A stretch of 59,644 nt of DNA, the filler included. It is 5 parts of 5 records of this genome, joined end to end, with 100 filler letters (N's around TTAATTAATTAA, not from the genome) between each part and the next. Parts side by side here need not be neighbours in the genome. Positions count along the whole stretch, not along the records: positions 44,677 to 59,644 come from SRR20825019_2143; 4 more parts are not named here. One strand, 5' to 3'. How positions within the stretch are numbered: the first letter of the stretch is position 1; every line of letters begins with the position of its first letter. The notes below the pieces were generated by a model. The model ran no database searches and had not been told where the DNA came from. It saw nothing but the letters and a program-made list of their open reading frames with translations. Shown here piece by piece: positions 52,102-59,644 of the stretch. The translations under genes were made by a program, and so were the position numbers.

Positions 52102-53514
52102 ATGATCCGTAGGGTAGCCCCCCGTCTTGCCAAATCTCTTCCCGGCAACCGTAGCCTTGCCGAGCACGATCCCGAGCTCCATGGCATCCTAGCCAACGAG
52201 CTCCGCCGTCAGGTTGAGGGTTTGGAGCTGATTGCCTCTGAGAACTTCACCTCCCGTGCCGTCATGGAGTGCCTGGGTTCCATCGCCACCAACAAGTACG
52301 CCGAGGGACTCCCCGGTGCCCGTTACTACGGCGGTACCCAGCATGTCGATGAGATCGAGAACCTGTGCCGCAAGCGTGCCCTCGAGGCCTTCCGTCTTGA
52401 CCCCGCCGTATGGGGTGTCAACGTTCAGCCCTACTCCGGCTCCCCTGCCAACTTCGAGGTCTACGCCGCCCTCCTGCAGCCCCACGATCGCCTCATGGGC
52501 CTAGACCTCCCCTCCGGCGGTCATCTCACCCACGGCTTCTACACCCAGACCCGCAAGGTGAGCGCAAGCTCTGTCTTCTTCGAGTCTCTCCCTTACGGTA
52601 CCAACGATAAGGGCCTCGTCGACTACGAGCGTCTCGATGCCCTCGCTAGCGTGTACAAGCCCAAGCTTATCATTGCCGGCGGTAGCGCTTACCCCAGGGA
52701 CTGGGACTACAAGAGCTACCGCTCTACTTGCGACAAGGTTGGCGCATACATGATGGTGGACATGTCCCACTACTCTGGCCTCGTTGCCACTGAGCAGCAC
52801 AACAACCCCTTCGAGCTTGCTGATATCGTCACCACCACCACCCACAAGTCCCTACGCGGCCCCCGTAGCGGTATCATCTTCTTCCGCAAGGAGGTTACCC
52901 GTGGAAAGGAGGTGTTCAAGCTGGAGGACCGCATTAACAACGCCGTGTTCCCCATGCTCCAGGGAGGTCCCCACGAGCACCAGATTGCCGCTGTTGCTAC
53001 CCAACTCAAGGAGGTTATGACCCCCGAGTTCAAGCAGTACATTGCCGAGGTTAAGGTCAACGCCAGCACCCTCGCAAACGAGCTCGTTGCCCGTGGTAAC
53101 AACATTGTGAGTGGCGGCACTGACAACCACCTTGTGCTGTGGGATCTGCGTAACCGTGCCATCACCGGTTCTAAGATGGAGAAGGTGTTGGACCTTGTGC
53201 ACATCACTGCCAACAAGAACTCTGTCGTGGGCGATAAGAGTGCTGTGACCCCCGGAGGTCTCCGCCTCGGCTCCCCCGCCCTCACTACTCGTGGTTTCAC
53301 CTCCAACGACTTTAAGGCCGTCGCTGATCTCCTTGAGAGGTCGGTGAAGGTTGCCGTCGATGTTCAGAACCGTGTCCCCAAGGCCAAGCTAGCCGAGTTC
53401 GTCAAGGAGTGCTCAGTCCAGCCCGAGCTGCATGCTATTGCGGCCGAGGTCAAGGAGTTCTCTAAGAGCTTCCCCTTCCCCGGGTTCGAGGACCCATTCC
53501 CAGTCCGCAACTAA
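52102..53514 (+). CDS. SHMT: Serine hydroxymethyltransferase, probably mitochondrial
   Basis: [40 protein letters not shown] and [12 protein letters not shown]; short Arg-rich presequence [10 protein letters not shown]. Confidence 0.97.
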   Translation: MIRRVAPRLAKSLPGNRSLAEHDPELHGILANELRRQVEGLELIASENFTSRAVMECLGSIATNKYAEGLPGARYYGGTQHVDEIENLCRKRALEAFRLDPAVWGVNVQPYSGSPANFEVYAALLQPHDRLMGLDLPSGGHLTHGFYTQTRKVSASSVFFESLPYGTNDKGLVDYERLDALASVYKPKLIIAGGSAYPRDWDYKSYRSTCDKVGAYMMVDMSHYSGLVATEQHNNPFELADIVTTTTHKSLRGPRSGIIFFRKEVTRGKEVFKLEDRINNAVFPMLQGGPHEHQIAAVATQLKEVMTPEFKQYIAEVKVNASTLANELVARGNNIVSGGTDNHLVLWDLRNRAITGSKMEKVLDLVHITANKNSVVGDKSAVTPGGLRLGSPALTTRGFTSNDFKAVADLLERSVKVAVDVQNRVPKAKLAEFVKECSVQPELHAIAAEVKEFSKSFPFPGFEDPFPVRN

Positions 53515-53758
53515 TCCCAGCCGTTTCCATGGGACGTTGCTGTTGGTGCATGTTGCATTACCACGTTTACTCTCTTTTATTCAATTATCATGTATTCCTT
53601 TTGTATTTGTGTTACATTTCCGACCCCACCTATCTAATATCAAGAACTTTTGCGCGCACTTCAACTCCTTTAGACTACAAGGCACAAAAACTGCCAAATA
53701 CATTTACACTTTACTATTTTTAGATTTATATTTAAACCACATTAGAATAAAACGCATT

Positions 53759-56700
53759 ATGCGACCCACATCAGGAAACGGTAAGCGGGGTGGTGGTAAG
53801 GATAATGGGGCTGGTATTGTGGTAGGTAAGCACTTCCCAACCAGTCGGTTCGGCACCATCATAGCCCGCTACCCCACCCTTACCTTCTTCTTCTCCGCCT
53901 TCCCCTACATCATCCTGCTGTTGGTGCTACTCATAGGAGTGGACCCAGAGGTGGACGCGGCGGAGGGATCCTTCAGGCCAATATCCCACGTCTCCGCTAT
54001 ACAATACAATAAGGCGGAGGAATTAGAAAACCAATGGTTTGCAAAAGCTAAGTTGGGGAATAGTGATACTATTGGGTCCCGTGCCTCGGGGTCCCTTACC
54101 TACCGGTCTGTTGTATCCGAGCGTATCGAGATCCGCTATAGCATATCAGGGCGGCGAATAGCCAACTCCATCTTAGCCCAGGGACCGATGCAGACAATAC
54201 GCCTCTTTGAACAAACCGTTCTCAATGAGGCAGCGGTAAAGGAAGTGTGTCTCAACAACAACGGCTGGGGGCAGCGGTACATACTACGGGACAACACAGA
54301 CTGTGTGCCCATGGTGAGCTTGACCACTTTTGTATTTCCTGGTAATACAACTTCATTTACGGCTGGATACCCACTACTACCGAATGATGGAGTGGGAGGG
54401 GAATATCAAGTGCCCTCCCACAGACTTATGGATCGTATCTTTAGCAACCCCAACTACAAGTGGTTCCTCGATGCCACCTTCACCCCTGCCAACCCCATAT
54501 CGGCCAACTCCAGGGCCCACCTCATTCTGGGCTCCCCTATCCCTATCAGCGGAGGTGCCAGCACAAGAGTAGCAGGGGTGAAGGACACCCGTAAGAAGTA
54601 CATGGCAGCAGCCAGGACGATAGCCGATCTCATCGAGAGGGCCAATACAAATCAAAACGATGTCGTCTTCTCTATGACATCTGAGCTGCTAGATGAGGCC
54701 GTAGCCACCGATGCTGCTAGCACCAGCCTCCTATTATTATGTGCGGCAGTGGTAGTGTTGGGCATTGTTATATTTGTTAGGACAGGATCCATCTTCCTTG
54801 GCATCATGGGGGTGGTGTTCAACATATTGGCATTCATGGCTAATATGGCCATCTACTCAGCTCTATCAGGCGGTACCCTCCCACTGCTAGCCCTAGCCGC
54901 TGTGTTCCTCCTAGTGTCCCTCAATGTCCAAAACCTACTGCTTACAGTAGATACATTCCGCCACAGCGGTATGATGGCTAGCAGTGGTCGTGACAATGAC
55001 CTCTCCCTCAGCCAACGCATTAGCTACTGCATACGCCATGCGGGAGGTGCAAGCTTTACCATTCAACTGCTGATGTTAATCATGTTTTCCCTCATCGCCA
55101 CCTTAGATGTGGCGGCGCTCCGATCCGTTGCCTTGTTCTGCCTCCTCATGTTGGTGTGGATCGTCTACAACACCTTAATTTTCCACAATGCCATGGTGGG
55201 GTTCTACCACGTACAATTTGCTGGGAATGGTAGGCTGAGACAGCGGCAGATTAATGCCCGTAGGCGGAGGGATGCCGAGGGGGGTAGCATGCTACGGAGG
55301 AATAAGGCCCTTAAGGCCGTCCTGCAAACATTGGAGGAACACCCCCTACCAGGGGAGTTATCCTACAGCTCAATGAGGGAGCAGGTGGAGGCTCAAAAGA
55401 CCCGTCGTAAGAATGTAACGAGTACCAAGTCGATTACGAAGGTATTGGCTGGTATCCGCGACGACACCCTCGCCCACCTAAAAGCCCTCTCTAAACAACA
55501 GGGTACATCAAAGAAGAAGACCCTCAAGGAGGAGGCACTACGGGCTGAGAGGCTACGTGCCCGGAATGGTCGTAGTGGGGATGCTGCAATGGAGGAGGGA
55601 TCCTATGCCGGCTTCAATGCCAACTCTATAAATCCTGCTGGAACGTTCGAGATGTCTGATTTTGCTGAGGCAGGGGAGGTACTTAGGGCCCATGGGTTTA
55701 CGTCCTCCCGCATGGTGCCCACGATATCCCTCCTACACCTCTCGGTGGGTACTCTACGACGAACGCCAGAGTCGGATGGAAGTGATTCATCCGACACAGG
55801 GGATGCATCGGCCCCAAGAGGCCGCATACCGATGTCGGAGGCGGAGGCGGGGATATTTGAAGCAGCTATTGCGGAGGCCGATGCACATGTCCTCGAGCTA
55901 ATGGGGGAGGCCGAGGCCAGGTCATCATCGTCCAATTCGTCGTCTAGCACATCCCCCAACGCACCACGGGAGTTTAGTGACACTGAGACCGATAATCCCC
56001 TCCATGATCATGCATCTCTCTACCAACCTCAAGATGGGGCCCCTGTCCGGGTAAATATCAGCTCCAACCCAGCATCTCCAAAGCAGCCAGCTATGGATGT
56101 CTTGTCAAATGGCTCAATGAGCGGCAGTATGCGCATCCTTTCCCCCCTCAGTGCGACCTCAACCGTCCCCCATTCTAAGCTTAACACCGACACCGCCCGA
56201 TTCATCGCGAAGTGGTCATTCGTCGGAAACACCCTCATCTGTGGTCGGACCCCCACCAACACGACATGGGAGGTATCTGCCCCTGCTATGCCCTTTGTAG
56301 CGGCTATGCTAAGCAACACCCTTCTTGGGGATAATGTGGAGGGGTTCGGTACGGTGCTCATACCCAGGGAGGCACGCCGTAAACTAAAGAAGCGCACCCC
56401 CTTATCTGATGAAACCAAGGCCTCCAAAAAGAAGCGTGTCAAGTGGTATGCTAAACTGAAGCGACGTTGGAAGGATAGATCTGACGAGCCCCAGAGGAGG
56501 TGGTTCTGTTGTGGGCGTCGGGTGGGTGAGACGAGGGATGAAAAGGATTCCCGCCTGATGGAGAAGGTAGCCAAGCCCCCTAAGTATACGCCGGGAGAGC
56601 GGTTTGTACGAGGCCCGATGATGAAGGGGCTTAACCTCCTCAGGATACCCCTCATATGTATATGCCTAGCCCTCCTGGCAGTGTTCAGCTACTATGCCTC

Positions 56701-58939
56701 GGAGCTGACCAATCTCACATACAGCCGTATGGACCTGGTAGAGGGCAGCCTCAGGCAGCAGTTTGACCAAGCAGGAGCTCTACAGGCCTACCCCACCGCC
56801 CCCTGTGACTATTGCTCTAACTACTACTCGAAGGCCGATGCCTTCAGGGGCACCAAGATGTCTGAGTATGCCACATGTGCCCCCCAATTCGGTTGGGAGC
56901 AGCACAACCTATACGTCGATACATGCGGTAAATGCATGGGGGATGATGAGTGCCAGAGGTGTGATGGTAATGGTTATGATCCATCGGAAGCAGGATACGC
57001 CCTGGTTGAGGATAGCTGCGGTCTGTGCCGCGTACCCACAAGTACCTCAGGGGGTACTCCCCCCTGTGGGGAGTGTGTGTATGCCACCGAGAACTGTAGC
57101 CAGTGTCAAGTAGATGGTCGTACATCCTATTTTGCTGGAGGTGCTAGCTGTGGGGTTACATGCCCCTCCGACTGTACTGGGGGCTGTAACCCCTACACGG
57201 GTACATGTATTGGGTATGCCACCACTGCGGCATGTCTCGGTAGGGGGCTGATTCACCCTAGTAGCTCCTTCAGCACCACCAACTGCTCATGCTATGGGGC
57301 ATGGGCGGGGGATATGTGCCAGTTCTGTGGGTGTACTAATGGCGGGCAATGCCATCCCACTACTGGGGTGTGCCAATGCCCAGCTGCCTATGCTGGTGCC
57401 CGATGCGAGTCGTGTTCAGTAGGTTGTACAATTGGAGGTGCCTGCCAAGGGAACTGGACCATAGGGGAGCTACTACTACCATCCTGCGTTGCCCTTCGAT
57501 GCCCAGCCAGTGATATCCAGTCGGGAACCATCTGCTCGGCATGCAGTAGCAAACTGCTATCTGTATCCCTTGGCCCCACTACCGCCGCCTCGTGCTGGGC
57601 CCTGGGGGTAGGGGCGTGGGATGGAAGCCAATGTAGGGCGTTCCAATACAGCACTGGGCCCACTACATGCGTCTCTACATGCCGTGGTTACTGGTCGGGA
57701 TCTGATTGCTCCACCTGCTCTATCCAAGGGGGGCACTGCCTCCCCGACGGGTCCGTGATGGCGTGCGATAAGAACATCTACATCATCAATACCACCGCCA
57801 CGGATTATGTCCCCTCCACTAAGAACTGTAATACCTGCGGGCTGGGTGTTACCTGTGCGGTAGCCGTATTGAACCGCCAACCCGAGTCGATAGAGATCCC
57901 ATTCAGAGCCTTCATCAGCGTTTCCAGATCAATTGACGATCCAGTCGCCGAGACCCAAATCCGGTCATTTGTAAATGATGTAGTATTGGCAGTTCGGTTC
58001 CCTGGTGGTCCCGTTGCCGCCTCCATCAGTGCCTTGTTCCCAACGGCATTGGTAGACTTCTACAACTCGTTGGAGTATGCGGATAACTCGACGGCATCCC
58101 AGATGCTGTCGGTCCGCCTCCAGAACTTCCTGACGAACAATGCCAGACTACCCGAGATAGGGCTCACATTCTACAATAATTGGTATGTTGTTATGACGGG
58201 GGCTGTCTCATGTCCTCTTCCCTGTTCCTCTTCAGAAATAGCCAAGCGGATGGGTAAGTTTGAGGGGGGCCTAACCAATGTGGCCCGCAGCCACAGCTAT
58301 CTAACAGTATCACTGCAGTCCTCGGCATGGATGGATGCGGTGGTTGGGGAGTACCTCGAGGTGGTCCTCATCAAGTTGACAATACTGGGACTGGTGCTGT
58401 TTACCTGTGTCTTACTAGGTACGACGGCATCTCTACGGCTTACGGCATTCGGGCTGGTCACAATGGGATGTACCGTTGCGGGTACCCTATCTGTCCTCAC
58501 CTGGTTATCCCACCCCATCAGCCCTGCTAGCACCATTGCCTATGCCATCGTCATGTGTATACCAGCTCAGTACTCAATACACCTTACCCTGCAATATGTA
58601 GATACGCTGGAGGGGGAGACGCTCTCTATATTCTCGGGGGGTAGCACAACGTACTTTGCCCTGAAACAGGCAATGACCCGTACTGTGCCCTCTATGCTCA
58701 CCTGTACCGTAGCCACCTTGGCTGTGGGTGTGGTATTGCTTCTCAGCGAGCTGGTGCCTGTTCGTGAGCTTGCCATGTGCATCATGGTAGCCACCTCTAT
58801 GGCGCTGTTCTTTACCCTGCTCTTCCTACCACCCCTCATCTTGCTTCTGGGCCCTACCATCACACGTCGGCACAAGATATTCCTAGTGATATTTGTCGCC
58901 ATCGGCCTAGTGGCATCGATTGTTGTACTCCTCCTGTAG
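53759..58939 (+). CDS. Dispatched/Patched-like RND-superfamily membrane protein with EGF-like Cys-rich luminal region
   Basis: 1+5 / 1+5 transmembrane layout, long charged central loop, and EGF-like repeats (CSCYGAWAGDMC, CTNGGQCHPTTGVCQCPAAYAGARC, CRGYWSGSDC). Confidence 0.75.
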   Translation: MRPTSGNGKRGGGKDNGAGIVVGKHFPTSRFGTIIARYPTLTFFFSAFPYIILLLVLLIGVDPEVDAAEGSFRPISHVSAIQYNKAEELENQWFAKAKLGNSDTIGSRASGSLTYRSVVSERIEIRYSISGRRIANSILAQGPMQTIRLFEQTVLNEAAVKEVCLNNNGWGQRYILRDNTDCVPMVSLTTFVFPGNTTSFTAGYPLLPNDGVGGEYQVPSHRLMDRIFSNPNYKWFLDATFTPANPISANSRAHLILGSPIPISGGASTRVAGVKDTRKKYMAAARTIADLIERANTNQNDVVFSMTSELLDEAVATDAASTSLLLLCAAVVVLGIVIFVRTGSIFLGIMGVVFNILAFMANMAIYSALSGGTLPLLALAAVFLLVSLNVQNLLLTVDTFRHSGMMASSGRDNDLSLSQRISYCIRHAGGASFTIQLLMLIMFSLIATLDVAALRSVALFCLLMLVWIVYNTLIFHNAMVGFYHVQFAGNGRLRQRQINARRRRDAEGGSMLRRNKALKAVLQTLEEHPLPGELSYSSMREQVEAQKTRRKNVTSTKSITKVLAGIRDDTLAHLKALSKQQGTSKKKTLKEEALRAERLRARNGRSGDAAMEEGSYAGFNANSINPAGTFEMSDFAEAGEVLRAHGFTSSRMVPTISLLHLSVGTLRRTPESDGSDSSDTGDASAPRGRIPMSEAEAGIFEAAIAEADAHVLELMGEAEARSSSSNSSSSTSPNAPREFSDTETDNPLHDHASLYQPQDGAPVRVNISSNPASPKQPAMDVLSNGSMSGSMRILSPLSATSTVPHSKLNTDTARFIAKWSFVGNTLICGRTPTNTTWEVSAPAMPFVAAMLSNTLLGDNVEGFGTVLIPREARRKLKKRTPLSDETKASKKKRVKWYAKLKRRWKDRSDEPQRRWFCCGRRVGETRDEKDSRLMEKVAKPPKYTPGERFVRGPMMKGLNLLRIPLICICLALLAVFSYYASELTNLTYSRMDLVEGSLRQQFDQAGALQAYPTAPCDYCSNYYSKADAFRGTKMSEYATCAPQFGWEQHNLYVDTCGKCMGDDECQRCDGNGYDPSEAGYALVEDSCGLCRVPTSTSGGTPPCGECVYATENCSQCQVDGRTSYFAGGASCGVTCPSDCTGGCNPYTGTCIGYATTAACLGRGLIHPSSSFSTTNCSCYGAWAGDMCQFCGCTNGGQCHPTTGVCQCPAAYAGARCESCSVGCTIGGACQGNWTIGELLLPSCVALRCPASDIQSGTICSACSSKLLSVSLGPTTAASCWALGVGAWDGSQCRAFQYSTGPTTCVSTCRGYWSGSDCSTCSIQGGHCLPDGSVMACDKNIYIINTTATDYVPSTKNCNTCGLGVTCAVAVLNRQPESIEIPFRAFISVSRSIDDPVAETQIRSFVNDVVLAVRFPGGPVAASISALFPTALVDFYNSLEYADNSTASQMLSVRLQNFLTNNARLPEIGLTFYNNWYVVMTGAVSCPLPCSSSEIAKRMGKFEGGLTNVARSHSYLTVSLQSSAWMDAVVGEYLEVVLIKLTILGLVLFTCVLLGTTASLRLTAFGLVTMGCTVAGTLSVLTWLSHPISPASTIAYAIVMCIPAQYSIHLTLQYVDTLEGETLSIFSGGSTTYFALKQAMTRTVPSMLTCTVATLAVGVVLLLSELVPVRELAMCIMVATSMALFFTLLFLPPLILLLGPTITRRHKIFLVIFVAIGLVASIVVLLL

Positions 58940-59053
58940 GCCACATTTATGGTTTGAAGTGTATTGTTTTCAAGATCGATTCAACTACTTTTATTTGTCA
59001 TTGTGTTATTATTGTTGTGCCATCTCATCTCATGTTATTCCAATCAATTTCAT

Positions 59054-59077
59054 ATCCCTCCTTCACTTCCCTTCTAG
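59054..59077 (+). promoter_or_regulatory. Polypyrimidine tract and AG, candidate trans-splice acceptor for MCM6
   Basis: ATCCCTCCTTCACTTCCCTTCTAG ends 7 nt before the ATG; similar tracts precede the other genes of the contig. Confidence 0.6.
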
Positions 59078-59084
59078 TTTTTAA

Positions 59085-59644
59085 ATGACTGATACCATTG
59101 GATTGGGAATGCAGGGGTTGCAGCCCCGGGTGGATGCCGTGGGGGTTGGTATCCGCGACGTGATGGTATCCTTCCTATCTCGATACATGGACCAGGGCCA
59201 GATGGGGGACGGGGATGCCGAGCTGCCTGCCGCCGAGGTAGCCTACTACGTATCCCAACTCCATCGAATTGCCACCACCTACGACTGGTCTACCCTCGTT
59301 ATCCGTTGGTCCCACTTTGCCGCCTTCGATGCCCAAGTAGCGACGTCCCTCCAGGCGGGATACATTAGGCATCTAGACAACCTTAATGAAGCACTGGTGT
59401 TCGTACTACAACAATACTTCGCCGACGAGTTCGCGAGCCGTGGCCGCTGTACCCCCGCAATCGCCTTCTCCCAGGTCCCACGGTCCTTCTCGGTTCGCAC
59501 TCTACGATCAGAGATGATTGGCCAGCTATGCAGTATCAGCGGCACCGTCACCCGAACCTCCCAGGTGCGCCCTGAGCTACTTGCTGGCGTGTTCCGATGT
59601 GCGGATTGTGGTACCGAGAGTGAGCTAATTCAACAACAGTTCCG
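59085..59644 (+). CDS. MCM6: DNA replication licensing factor MCM6, N-terminal part (runs off the window; absent from the ORF track)
   Basis: VRTLRSEMIGQLCSISGTVTRTSQVRPELLAGVFRCADCG...IQQQF. Confidence 0.85.
   Translation, partial: MTDTIGLGMQGLQPRVDAVGVGIRDVMVSFLSRYMDQGQMGDGDAELPAAEVAYYVSQLHRIATTYDWSTLVIRWSHFAAFDAQVATSLQAGYIRHLDNLNEALVFVLQQYFADEFASRGRCTPAIAFSQVPRSFSVRTLRSEMIGQLCSISGTVTRTSQVRPELLAGVFRCADCGTESELIQQQF

Noticed and set aside
53432..53758. 109-aa N-terminal extension of the 1835-aa ORF overlapping SHMT
   Set aside because: It runs through the AT-rich spacer and the putative acceptor at about 53722; the plausible start is the ATG at 53759.
44677..59644. Possible stop-codon reassignment in the kinetoplastid contig (all nine visible stops are TAA or TAG)
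   Set aside because: No in-frame TGA/TAA/TAG in any gene and Trp is TGG; nine stops are too few to show more than bias.
1..59644. CRISPR arrays, rRNA, tRNA, prophage or defence systems
   Set aside because: No regularly spaced repeats, recognisable structural RNA genes, or phage/defence protein motifs were seen by eye; a covariance-model scan would be needed to exclude small RNAs.

Overview
This window is not one chromosome region. It is five unrelated contigs joined by 100-nt artificial linkers (44 N + TTAATTAATTAA + 44 N) at 13865-13964, 21353-21452, 29233-29332 and 44577-44676, so it looks like a concatenated metagenome assembly. Contig 1 (1-13864) is a compact protist nuclear segment with tiny GT-AG introns (35-65 nt). 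Its seven genes strictly alternate strand: a tail-anchored protein, WDR61/Ski8, VPS52, LLPH-like, RPF2, a secreted GH31 with an internal trefoil domain, and an intronless mitochondrial phosphate carrier. Contig 2 (13965-21352) is alphaproteobacterial: urtCDE and ureDABC, separated by GST, fabI and an orphan PAS histidine kinase, with a sigma54/NtrC-type promoter before ureD. Contig 3 (21453-29232) is a Rhizobiales-like core region (rbsK', rmuC, def, fmt, truA, arsC-arsH, dapE, dapD'). Contig 4 (29333-44576) is alphaproteobacterial: nadC'-panB-panC, a GntR-controlled TAXI-TRAP / lyase / divergent fumarase / tartrate-dehydratase-like catabolic cluster, gene remnants cut by an IS5-family element, and a LysR-AKR-NmrA block. 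Contig 5 (44677-59644) is an intronless, single-strand, kinetoplastid-type polycistronic unit (CEP57-like, eIF3e, cactin, NDUFS4-like, probable mitoribosomal protein, SHMT, a Dispatched/Patched-like protein with EGF repeats, MCM6'). The best candidates for undescribed biology are three: the dicarboxylate-adduct catabolic cluster, the Dispatched-like protein whose transport acidic residues appear replaced by Q/N, and the trefoil-inserted GH31. All family assignments are from motif recognition by eye; no database searches were run.
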